From NCBI GenBank assembly GCA_009602735.1, contig WELA01001736.1, forward strand, positions 228,534 through 292,533: a DNA stretch of 64,000 nucleotides, given 5' to 3'. The position numbers and the translations under genes were made by a program. Below the pieces are notes generated by a model. That model saw only the letters and a list, made by a program, of their open reading frames with translations, searched no databases and was not told the origin of the DNA. This DNA is from Mesotaenium endlicherianum. Taxonomy: Eukaryota. Of the stretch, positions 40,492-52,006 are shown one piece after another (position 1 is the first letter of the stretch; every line of letters begins with the position of its first letter).

Positions 40492-43037
40492 CATTCTTAT
40501 TGCCATGAGGATGTTCCGGTACCTTATGGAAGCGAAATTCAGAAACATGCAAGCAATATGGGGCCAGACGTCTTTTTTGCGCTATGTCTATGTCCTACTA
40601 GCTTGTAGCACCCTTGGTGTCAGTACTGACGCTTTGGACTTGCAGCTGACGTTCTGATCCTTTTTGGATGGCTGAAAGATGGTGATGATAAAAATATCGT
40701 TTGTCTTCTTCTTCTTCTTTGGATGCTACTGTGTTAATCGGGCTTGACATGGGCCGTGACAAGCAACTTCTTTTTTAGTATGGTGTTGCTCAGTTTGCTA
40801 ATATGTATGCAAAACATACGCAGCAAGTCAAAGTAAGCAACATGTACGAAGTGTTTCGTGTTGTCCCACCTTGAGTCAGTCCGTGTGCTTACACTTGCAG
40901 TGTATTGACATATCGAGATATTGGTCCCGTTTTGCATAATGTGCAACTGTGCAAGTCAGCTGAAAATAGCTCCTTCAATAACTTTTTCTTTTAACTGGTG
41001 AAGCGTCAGGGTTTCCTTCAGAGTTAGATTACATCAAAAACATTTGCAAGTTTACCAAGTGTGCGTGTAGTACCTGCTTTCACCTGCTTCAGGCTCAGGT
41101 TAAGGCACATGCCATGCTGAGTTGACAGCCTGTTGGGCTGTGGACCAAAAAACTGAAGGCTTCATGTAACTTGGCCAAAATTCGTCAAGCGCTCGTCTTT
41201 TTAAGTGGTCCATAAGATCCACACCATATGATGATGTCTACATCACCAGGGGGTATTCACGCGCATTATGTCATAAGAGAGAGCTTCTCATTGTATACCA
41301 GCAATGCATTTCACACTACGTGCGCGCACTTAACAACATGATTGCCAATTCCCTTCCAAAGTGCAAAAAATCAGTGGAGGATGCCCCACAGTTGTCAACA
41401 CAGCAACAGAAGGATAGAGACAAGGACTGGAACCCTTTTATAGGCCAGCAAAAGTCGACCGGTAGCATAATGTCAATGTGTGTGCTGCCAGTCTCTTTCA
41501 ACCTCAAAAGCGTGTTGATGACGCTTTATGCACATCCTCTATTCGAGCTCCTCCACTGACCGATTGCTAGGATGTGCTGGACAAGCTCTGAGCCACTACA
41601 AGTGGCACTCGGGGACCATCCGAACAAAACTCTGGAGCAATTACCTGATCAGCAATTATCCTTCATTTCCTAAAAGAGTCTATACTTGACCGCGTCTTGT
41701 CCTCTGGACTCATCTTTAACGGATGGTACTCTCCCCTCCCCCCCCTCCTTCCCTCCTTATGTTGGCCCGCTTGTCCTTATGGAGCTTGGGAATTGAAGCT
41801 CGCGTCCCGAGGCAAGTAGCTCAGCGTCTGCAAAGTAAGACCAGACAAGCAACCGTCTCAGAAACTTTCCCTCCGAAGCTCGCCGGCAAGTTCAGATGCA
41901 GGAGGTTTCACGCCACGCAGACACACACAAAGCCGCCACGTGGCACGCGGAAATAAGAGCCAGAGGAATGACAAGTAGGGAGCAGAAGTGCGACACGAGC
42001 AGAGCTGAAAATGAAGAGAATGCCAGGACAGAAACTGGGCCCAATCAGTACACTGGGCCCAATCAGACACACGACCCTCTTCCTGACTGAACACATTTCC
42101 TCTTGTACACAACACAGGCGTGTCCCTCAGCTCTAGTAGCTCCCTTCACGGCCGAGAATACGGGATCCATGGATGCACGTCAGGTCAGCTATCAGAAGGC
42201 AGCAGATCAAGACACTCAAGGAGGTGCATAGGGACGTACGGTGCAAAGGCGTTCTCCTCTTCAGCCCGTTCACACACTTTGTCTTCAGCGCATCACCTGC
42301 CAGCCAGGTGGCAGGCGGGCAGGCACAGTCCCTTTGCCACCCGACCCTGCGTCAGGGTGCTCTGGAGCTCTGTGGCTCTGCCAGTTGGCACTGCAGGCCT
42401 GTATTCCCCTTGGATTTCTCTGCCGCCACGTGGCAAGCCTAGGGTACTGCCTTGGGCAATGTACGAGTTTTTCACTCTGGGTCATGTCTAGGGAGGGTGA
42501 TTCTCCAGAGGCCCTGGAGGGTTGGGCAGGATATGAAGTATGGGAGTGAGGGTTTTACATCCTGGACTAGAAGAATTAGGGCTGGATCAACCAAGACGCA
42601 CCAGGGCCTTGAATTTATTCTAGGCTTTGAGATCCAAGGTTTATGGCTTGCGTGCCAGGTGTAAGATGTGGGGACTTCGGCCAGGGCTTTATTTTTACTC
42701 AACCTGATGACCGCACTGACGCAAATATTGACATACATTCCTGAATCATCAAAAAAGACAGTAAATGCACTCGAGAACAAAGGACGTAGCAGCGCCCTTC
42801 CTCTCCATGAACTACTACCTTCCTAAGTTGCAGACATCAGGTGATGCCTCTAAAGCCCCCTCCCAAACCATCCTGCATTCTTGTTCCAGGCCCTGACCCT
42901 TAACCTGCTTACATGTCGCTGACAGAACCCAAATGCCTTAAATGATCAGGAGCCATAGAATATTCATGTCCTAACTTGAACCCTTTTCTCTTGGCCTGCC
43001 TGTAGAAGGTTCGTCGCTACACTCCTACTTAAGTGCC

Positions 43038-43481
43038 TCAAGACAACTGGCCTTCTGGATATGCTACCCGTCGGACATGGTCAGCTAAAACCCTGAGATA
43101 TTCACTGTTCTCTAGAGCAAGTCCGAGCTCTTTCTCTGCATCCGCTGCAGAATCGACGGCCTTGATTGTGCCCTGCAGCTCAAAGTCCTTCAGCAGCTCC
43201 CTTATTTTATTATCAGCCGCCAAAGTTTCCAGCTGCGCTCTCTGAAGACGCCATGGTGAGGCACCGCCATCCTCTTCAAGGCTCTGAGTTTGCAGTGTCA
43301 GGGGCTGCTCAGAGAGTGACTCTTGAGGGGAGGGTGGTGGCAGGTCTGGCTTCTCCTGCTGGGTGCAAGGTGTCAGCTTGTGCTGTCGGCAGCACACCAC
43401 GGAACAGTATGGTGCGCGACATGCAGGACATTTGTACTTGGCTGCTGCAGTTGAGCACACGACGCATACAGGTGGACCCAT
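43038..43481 (-). CDS. HIT-type zinc-finger protein (ZNHIT3/Hit1-like, box C/D snoRNP assembly), single coding exon
   Basis: N-terminal zf-HIT signature CVVC...KYKCPACRAPYCSVVCCRQHK, followed by a helical C-terminal domain (IRELLKDFELQGTIKAVD...). Confidence 0.85.
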   Translation of the reverse strand: MGPPVCVVCSTAAAKYKCPACRAPYCSVVCCRQHKLTPCTQQEKPDLPPPSPQESLSEQPLTLQTQSLEEDGGASPWRLQRAQLETLAADNKIRELLKDFELQGTIKAVDSAADAEKELGLALENSEYLRVLADHVRRVAYPEGQLS

Positions 43482-44422
43482 TGATGCGAATATTACCCTT
43501 TAAACTACCGAAGAAGGCTTCAGCATTTTCTGTGTCTAGCTCACTACAGTTCACCTACATCAAGAGAGAATACTGTAAGAAACAAGTCATATCTCCGAGT
43601 TTGTGAGAGTGCCTTAAAGCTTGCTGCCTGGCTTCTGATATCTTCTCAATAGTCCAGCTACACCAAGCAGTACGAGAAACCAGAGAGTGTGTTGTGAAAC
43701 CAATCTTTGTCTAAAATGTTCTTGATAGTGACCTACAACTGAAGTAACAAGCCCCAAGCTCTACACCTGCTATGTATGTATTTACTGCTACCATCTGCTG
43801 TAGCTATAATACCTTCGACGCCGTTTCAACCCTCGACGCCCTTTCGACGCTAGCGTCAAGCAGTAGTAGGCAGGATGCTTGCGGGACGCGGATTGCCCAA
43901 TCGAGTGCCCGTATGCTGTAGATACAATAACCGTTCTGTTGACCGTATACACTACATGTGATACATGTGCCAGGTACAATGATGGAAAAGGCCGCTGCAT
44001 TTAGGGTACAAAAAAGTACATCTGAGATGGAAAGCGGAGGTCAGCAGAGGTTAATCTGACAATTTAATCCAATTTAATTGAAGTTTGAAAATGCAGAAAT
44101 TTACTGATGTTCACATTCGAAACTAGTTTGAAGTTTAGGTCTAATCCCTGTAGACTGCATTGAACTCCATTTTCTATCTTTCTATTGTTGCACTTGTATA
44201 TCATGCTTTTCAAACATACCTGCATTATTCACACTTAGTGATGTACTAGATTGCAGATAGTAAAATTCAAATGTTCAAACACTGCAAATTACTGGCTCTT
44301 TCACATGAAATGATTATCAACGCATCCTTGTAGCCGTAGGAGAAGTATGACGGACGCGTCTTAACAGAATTAGGAAGAGCACTCTAGACATTATTTCTAT
44401 TTCATTAGAGCGTCGGGAAGAT

Positions 44423-47400
44423 ATGGCGAGATTTTCCATAAAGACGCTGCTGCTTGTAGCAGGCTGCATAAGAGTGGTCATGATCGTGTTCGGGTTATGG
44501 CAGGATGCCAACTTGAAAGTCAAGTATACAGACATAGATTATTGGGTCTTTACCGACGCTGCCAAGTTCGTCACGCAGGGCCTCTCGCCATTCCAGCGCT
44601 ATACTTATCGTTACTCACCGCTTCTGGCTTACCTCCTGGTGCCAAACGTTCTGGTGCACCAGTGCTTCGGCAAACTTCTCTTCTCTGCCGCCGGTATGTG
44701 CATGAGTTGCTTCTGATTGGGCACTTATTTTGATTATCGTAAGTGACTTGGTGGGTCTCTATTGTTTTCTGAAAGTGGCATGTAAGCTGTGCCTTGTTTT
44801 CTGCTCCAAGGCCAAGCGGAGTCCCTTACACAAGAGCCTTTAAGGAAGGATAAATAAGATGAAGATTGCATGTAGGAATAGTTGTGCTATACTTTCGGAT
44901 GGTTCTGTACCATACATTCTGGGTGATCCACGAAGTTTGGCGTAAACCAGACTGTGATGAGATTGATCCTTGGGCTTGGGCTGAGGTTGGCCTGGGCTGG
45001 GGAGTGGCAAGGGTACGAGCAATCTGCTTGTTCAGCATTTTTTTAATCATTTATAGATTTCTACATGTTGTCCCCACATGTTGACGCTGCGTCTTGGCCC
45101 TGCATGTGATTTCCTCCCACACCGCAATATTATTCCACGTCTTCACTCCATCTCCTCAGTCAATCTTGTGACTACTCATCTTCCCCCCGCATCTTCAGCC
45201 TACATTCCACACCCGCGCATCTTCAACCCCCTGTCTTCACCCCGCATCTTGTCCCCACACCCCCGCCCAGCATGTGCACCTCACGCACACTTTGGCCCAG
45301 CACCTTCAATTCGCACCTTGACCCAATATCGAACGTCTGACACACTCACGCAGCTTCTCGACTTCAAGCCCTCATTCAGGACCTTCACCCCAGCATCTTC
45401 ACCCCACGCTCTCTCTCACCCGGCACAGGCACATGTCTCCCCTAGCATCTACACCCCACATTCTCGCCCAGCGTGGTCACCCCGCACTCTCGCCCGGCAC
45501 TCGTCTCCCCCCAGCATCTTCGCCCCACATCTTTGCAAGCAGCTTCACCCCGTTTCTTGACCCCACATTTATACCTAGCAGACATGCCACCTCGCATCAC
45601 CACCCAGCACAAGTCACCGTCTTCTGCGGCCGTGAGAATCCATGGCTCCCCCATGCACCCTGCAGCTTGCTTGCAAGCCCTAACTTGGCGAGGCTCTGTC
45701 AGAGCTGGTGGTGGGCTACCAGACGAACGCAATCCTCCTGCAGCGCGGGGTGCCACCTAGGCCCGCGGCCGCCTGCGTGGCAGCCTGGCTGTTCAACCCC
45801 TTCACCTTCACTGTGGCGACACGTGGCAACTGCGAGGCCCTCGTCAGCTGCATGCTGCTGCGCCTCCTCCTGTGCCTCATCCAGGGTGTGTGTGCCTGAG
45901 TGCTGATTGGCTCTCTCTCTCTCTCACTCTGTCTCTGTCTCTCTCTCTCTTTCACACACACATACACACACACACAGCCACACACACAGCCTTACTTGTG
46001 CTCTGCTCCTCTCCCAGCTGGGGCCTAGTCTGCACAATTCTGCTCCCCTCTAGCTCCATTCTCTTCACTTGTACCGAACTTGTCGTTTGGCTCGTTGTCG
46101 TTTGACTCAACTTTACTTTGTCATTCTTGACCGTTTTCTCTTATTTTCTCTGCTCTACCTCTCGGCTCTCCTCAGCTCGCATGTGCTCCACTCTCCCCGG
46201 CTTATCTCTGGCTTGACTTCACTCTCCCTCTGGGCATGATCTGCTCTATTGACAGACACGCCACTTCTCCTGGCAGATGTACGCTCCATTTCACAATTTA
46301 CACCACACTTACATATGTGTAGAGAAAATATAAATATCTATATATATATACATGTAGAGTGAGAGGAAGAGAGGAAGGGAAACACAATGCGGCTGTGCGC
46401 GTGCACTTCTCCTGCTCCTCCACGAGGAAGGCGAGCTTGCGAGCGGGCTACCAATGGGGACGTCCGGGAGTGCAGACCTTCTACCAATCAGTCGCGTGCC
46501 ATCGTGCGCAACTCGCTGGCCAATGGCCGATGGCTAACGGGAGCTCCGCGAGCCAGTCCCGTGTGCCCTCTGAGACAAGCTCCATCTGTCAATGTCAAGT
46601 ATGGTGATTGTTCGAATTGTTTTGTTTGAGGTCATCTCTCCTGTCCTTGTGCCCCGGGCCTCAACCCCAAAGCCCTCGCCCCCTAGACCCCCCCCCGTCT
46701 CTGAACCCCAATTCTAGCCTTTTACAAAGCCATGGCCGCGGCTGCAGCTTTTTCTGTCGCAGGGCCCCTCTGAGAGGCCGCCGAGTGTCATGGCCTGGCC
46801 ATGCACGTGCGCATCTACCCCACCATCAGTGCCCTAGCTGAAAATTCCTAGACCCTAGCCCTGACTTCAACCTACAGGCAGGCGCTTGGACTGAGCGCCG
46901 CTGTGGCGTGCTCCTGGCTTGCAGGGCGCACATGGGAGGTCGCCATGTGGCACAGCCTAGCAGTGCACATGCGCATGACCCCATCACCTGTGCCCTACGT
47001 CAAAACCTCAGCGTCTCACCCTAACTCTAACCCTAGCCCTAACCCTAGCCTTTACCTGAACCCTAACCCTAGCCCACGTGCCCAGGAACTGAGTGCTGCT
47101 TCGACGTGTCTCTGGCGCGCAGGGCACATATGGGAGGGGGCCGTTTGGTACGGCCTGGCGGTGCACGTGCGCATCTACCCCATCATCTATGCCCTCCCCA
47201 TTCTCCTCCTCCTCAACTCCCACTACCCCTCCGTGGCCGCCCGCCTCCAGGCAGGTTCACCAAAAGAGGCCCCGGCCCCGGCCCCGATACGGGTCCCGGC
47301 CACGGCCCCCGCACCGGCGCCAGCACCGGCATTGGCTCCGGCACTGGCAGCGGCTCCACCGGCGGCAAAACCGGCACTTGCTCCTTCTGCGACCCCTACT

Positions 47401-48534
47401 TCATGCACAGGCACCGGCAACCCTGCGCCCGTGGAGCCATCTGCAGCCGCCAGGTGGCTTGAGGAAAGAGCCGGGGGGGGCGGCCCTCCTCTTCGGGCGC
47501 TTGCGGCCGGGTGGGCCGGGTGGGCGGTGGGGGCGTGCAACCGGGAGAGGGTTGTGTTCAGCCTGGTCTCGGGCTGCACGTTTGCGTGTGCAACGGGTGC
47601 GTTCTACTGGCTGTACGGGTGGGAGTACCTGCACGAGGCCCTGCTGTATCACCTCACGCGGAGCGACCCCCGCCACAACTTCTCCATCTACTTCTACCCC
47701 ATCTACCTGGTAGGCCAGTCCCCCGCATCGCCTCTATTGCAGCCTCGAAAACCACCGAACCAGCCAAAACCTCTAAACAAAATACAAATTAAAGTGTTTT
47801 GCTTAATACTCTAGAGGCCATCTGATTCTACCTCTTTTGCCTCTCATATGCAGACCCCGCTGCATGGGCCGCGTGGGAGATTAAAACCCTCCAAATTTTC
47901 AAGACAACGAACAAAGTCCTAGTCCGATTTAAACACTCCGCCTGCTCTTCAGCCCCATCTGCCTGCCTGGTAGGCCAACCCCACCGCATCGGCTTCCTCA
48001 GATCCTCCAACCCAAATAGCATTGAGAATACGAGTAGAGACTCTTTATTTTGTCTACTTTCACCATATCTAGCGGCGGGAGGTAGCACTCCTCCTTGCTG
48101 ACGCCACTGCATCACCATTTTTATATCACATGAATTCTGACAACCCCTAAATAAACAGGTCGGAAGTCCTGGCCCCATCTACTTCCCCATCACATTTACC
48201 TGGGCGGCAAGCTGCAAGCACGCGCTGCGTGCTGACCCCCCATGCACCGACTCTTTCAGATCCCGACAAAACATTTTGTACAGTTTCTTTTCCTAAGGAA
48301 CCAGACCCTCTGCACCTACTTCTGCCACATCTACCCGGTAGGCCGCCACACGTGCTGCCCACCGGCCTTGCCGTGTTGGCTTCAATAAACTCTAAGTTCA
48401 AAGAGACGTATTCAATTTTAATCTCCATCTCCAGACCAACAGCTACTCCTGAACCTACTCCTAGACCTAAACTGACCCAATCTCTGGCGTTTGGGCACAT
48501 GTACCCGGTAGGAACAGCGCGTCCCGTGCGTGTA

Positions 48535-48598
<64 letters not shown>

Positions 48599-50593
48599 TG
48601 TGTGTATCTGTGTCATTCATCATGCGAGTGTCTGACTGCGTCAAAAGTCCACGGGCGTGAGCGCGTCCAGCACCACCTGCAGTGGTGTTGTGCTCGCTTC
48701 TCTGCTCATATTTTGCGTCCCCTCTCGAGCGAGCTCACAAAAGCGTACACGCGACGAGTCACTATTCCGGCGTGTCACTCTTCCACCTGAACACGCATAG
48801 GCTCGAGTGTTCTGACTCACAACACGATACGACAAACTCTCCTCCTGCAGGCAGTCTTTTGCCGATATACTTGCTGATGCCCTCAGTGGACGGGAAAGGT
48901 CAAGGGGTGTTGTGTAAGCGGCGTCACTCTGTTGGCCCTAGACCAGGCAAGATATACCCTCCACTGTTTGAATGGAGCTTATGTTTTCTGTGAATGCTCT
49001 TTTTACGAGGTAATGGGGGAGCCCGCCCCCGTTCCTTTGGCCTCTCCCCCGTCTCCGCGCTTGCGGTGCTACATCATGGCTGGTCCCAGCTGCATATCAA
49101 GACTCCATCACTTCTGTCCCGTGGGCTTATGTCTCTCCCACTCTCCCACCCTCCCTCTTCCTCCCTTCCTCCTCTCTTTCACCCTCTCTCTCTCCCTCAC
49201 TCCCTCCCTCCCCCCCTCCCTCCTTTCCTTCTTCTCCCTTTGGTTCCCGTGTGAGAACATTTCCCCCTCCTCTCGTCTGCAGCGAATTGGGAAGCCGGCA
49301 GCGCTGTTCGACAGGTGGATGGCGTTTGTGCCCCAGCTGGTGGTGCAGCTGACGCTGGCCGCGCGCTTTTCCCGAGATTTGCCCTTCTGCTTCTTTGCCC
49401 AGACTGTCGCGTTTGTCGCCTTCAACAAGGTACCCCTACGTCCTCCCCCCTCCCACTACCACCGCCGCCACCACCACCACCGCCACTACCACAACCGACG
49501 TCCATGTGTATTTCTTTCATGACAAACGCTGCCGCTGCCGTTGCCGCCGCTGCTGCTGCCGCGTCTGCTGCTGCTGCCGCTGCTGCAGCTGCCGCGGCCT
49601 CTTTCCCCACTCCCCCTTCATGCCAGAGAGGCGCTGGCCTGATGAGGCAGCCTCTAGCTGCGTGCCACTTGGCATCGCCCTGCAGGGCTCCTCCCTTTCT
49701 GCAGCCCAGTTATCGTGCTGCTGCTGCTGCTGCTGCGGCCGTCTCTGCGTCTGCCGCTGCCGCCACTTCTGCAGCTGCGGCAACAGCAGCTCTGGCAGCG
49801 GCACAACTTTGGCAACCGTGTGTGGGTATCAGGGATGTGGCGGGGGCTGGATGCCTCAGCCAGCGAGGCATGGTCCTCCTCCGTATTCTCTGCACTCTCC
49901 TTCCAGGTGTCCCTCTCATTCTATGGCAGCTGCATGCTGGCCTGCGCTGGGAGCTGAGATGGGCGGGGCAGGGCCGAGCTGCTCTTCCTTGAGCCAGGGG
50001 GGGGGGGGCGGTGAGGGCCCAATGGCAGTGCTGTACTTCCAGTCTGCGTTACTTTTTACTTGATACTTTGGGGCTTGCTGTCAACTGCCCCAGGGGCATG
50101 GGCAGGCACAGGGGCAGGATAGGGGCCGCAGTTTCTGGTGCGGGATAAGCCTCTCAGCGTTTTCTCGGATATGCCTCGAGCATTCTCTCTCTCAATTTCT
50201 CTTTTCCATGTTTCCTTCTCTTTATCCTCCTTGTTCATCCTCCTGTTCATGGTTGCGATGGCTGCCCTCTCGCAGGTCATAACGGCGCAGTACTTTGTGT
50301 GGTTCTTCTGCCTCCTGCCGCTCGTGCTGCCATCAACGACCATCCGCTTCCAATGGCGCGGATGCGCTCTGTCGACGCTGTGGGTTGCGGCGCAGCTGCA
50401 CTGGCTATTCTGGGGCTATCTGTTGGAATTCGAGGGCAGGAACGTCCTGCTGCCGCTGTGGATGGCGAGCATTGTTTTTTTTGCGGCCAACGTTTTTGTC
50501 CTAGGACAGCTCATCCGGCACCATAGGGTGCAGCCACTCTTTCATGATGGGAAGTTTGTACAACTGGCTCATTGGCAGAAGAAGAACGACTGA
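44423..50593 (+). CDS. PIGM: GPI mannosyltransferase 1 (PIG-M/GPI14/PEANUT1), about 501 aa, 5 exons
   Basis: Exons: 44423-44693, 45703-45885, 47123-47709, 49283-49429, 50276-50593, all in phase. Motifs: VKYTDIDY (DxD), TYRYSPLLA, WLFNPFT...TRGNCE, HVRIYPIIYALP, RSDPRHNFSIYFY, FVAFNKVITAQYFVW. The C-terminal KKND is an ER-retrieval di-lysine signal. Confidence 0.93.
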
Positions 50594-52006
50594 TTTTTGT
50601 AATATAATGATATAATGATTCATTGCATTGGCCTTGGAAGTGTAATGTGTAGCAAATATGAGAGGGGAGCGCATCCCATTCAGAGTCGCAGAAATGGTTG
50701 TAGAATTCCAAAAGTAAAAATTTTGTGGACGGCAAGCATAGTTCTACAACAATATAACAACATGTTGTCGGTTAAGGGTATGTATCCTAGGTCCTGCACA
50801 ATAGTCATATATATTGATTTCTTCAACGCACGTCCTACGAGTACGTGATTTGCACATGGTGCACGTCGAGGAAAGGTGGGGTCTCATGAGTTTTAATTGA
50901 AGTGAAGGATGGCTGGATTGTCATATACTCAAGCGCTGTGTACATAGATGGAGGGATCTTAAAAGTGCAACAGTAAGCAAGTGCTTGACCATCCATAAAC
51001 CGCCAGAATGCCCTGGCTTTCCGAGTTAAATTTTCCAACGTACATTGATACGTGTTAAGCCCATACCCCATGCGAGTACCAAAATGCAAGTATAATTTTA
51101 GTGTACGCTTTTAATAAAACAACTTAATCTCATAACTACAATCGGAATGTACATGTCCTCATGATATTACATGCAAGAAGAGTTGGATGGGTTCAACTAA
51201 AGCAGCATAGCTGTCGACCGAACACTCAACTCTAGCACCATCAATGCGTAAAACCGTGATTCCAAGAATCCAAACCTCTCTTCACCTGCATGTGCGATCT
51301 GGACGAAACCGCTTCGTTCGTACCCAACAGCTCAACGATCACAATCGTGCTCCGTACGTCATGGTGCGTCATGGTCTCACTTCCGCTTGAACGTGTTCCT
51401 AGAGGTCAACGAAAGCCAGCAGACTGGTGGAATCTCGTTTTCCAAGTACCCACCATCCAAGCTGCCTCCAGAGCGCCTGCGATCTTCTCGGACCAACTTC
51501 AGAGTCAGACCTCACCTATATAGCTTATGACCGATATCTCATCTCAAGGCTTCATTGAAAGCTAACCAAAAGCGTCACATCATGCAGATATGCAAACGTC
51601 CGACCTTCAGCGTGAGTTGTTAAGCGCCCCCGCGTAGCGGAGGAGCCGAGAGGATAGAGACTTCGCGCAGTTGACGTCCACTTCATCTGTGCAGCCACTT
51701 ACAAACTGACAGCTAGGGCAAATACGAAAGCCTTTCAGAAACGTTGCATGGTCATGTCGCCTCTTCTGTCACCATGTGTGTTGATATTCGAGAGGAAGGA
51801 GATAGCTTCTTACTATAAGATTTGCAAGTAGGGTCCTTTTGGAGGACGAGCTCCTAGATGATCTATACACTTAGGCAACAATGAGGTCCCAAGTCTTGAA
51901 ACAGAGCGTGATGCACACTGGTATCTAATTAAGCCCAATACAAACTCTATTCAAAACATTTATATTCTCACTGCATGCAGAGTACAAGCGTCTCCTGGGG
52001 GGAACA

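Noticed and set aside
42300..42680. Telomerase RNA or snRNA gene downstream of the USE-like motif
   Set aside because: The USE match is imperfect, the TATA is weak, the template-like taaaaccctc is too short, and I saw no recognisable snRNA sequence or clear Pol III terminator.
49520..49810. Poly-Ala/poly-Gln ORFs
   Set aside because: This is a (GCT)n-type trinucleotide repeat within PIG-M intron 4. The flanking exons join in frame without it.
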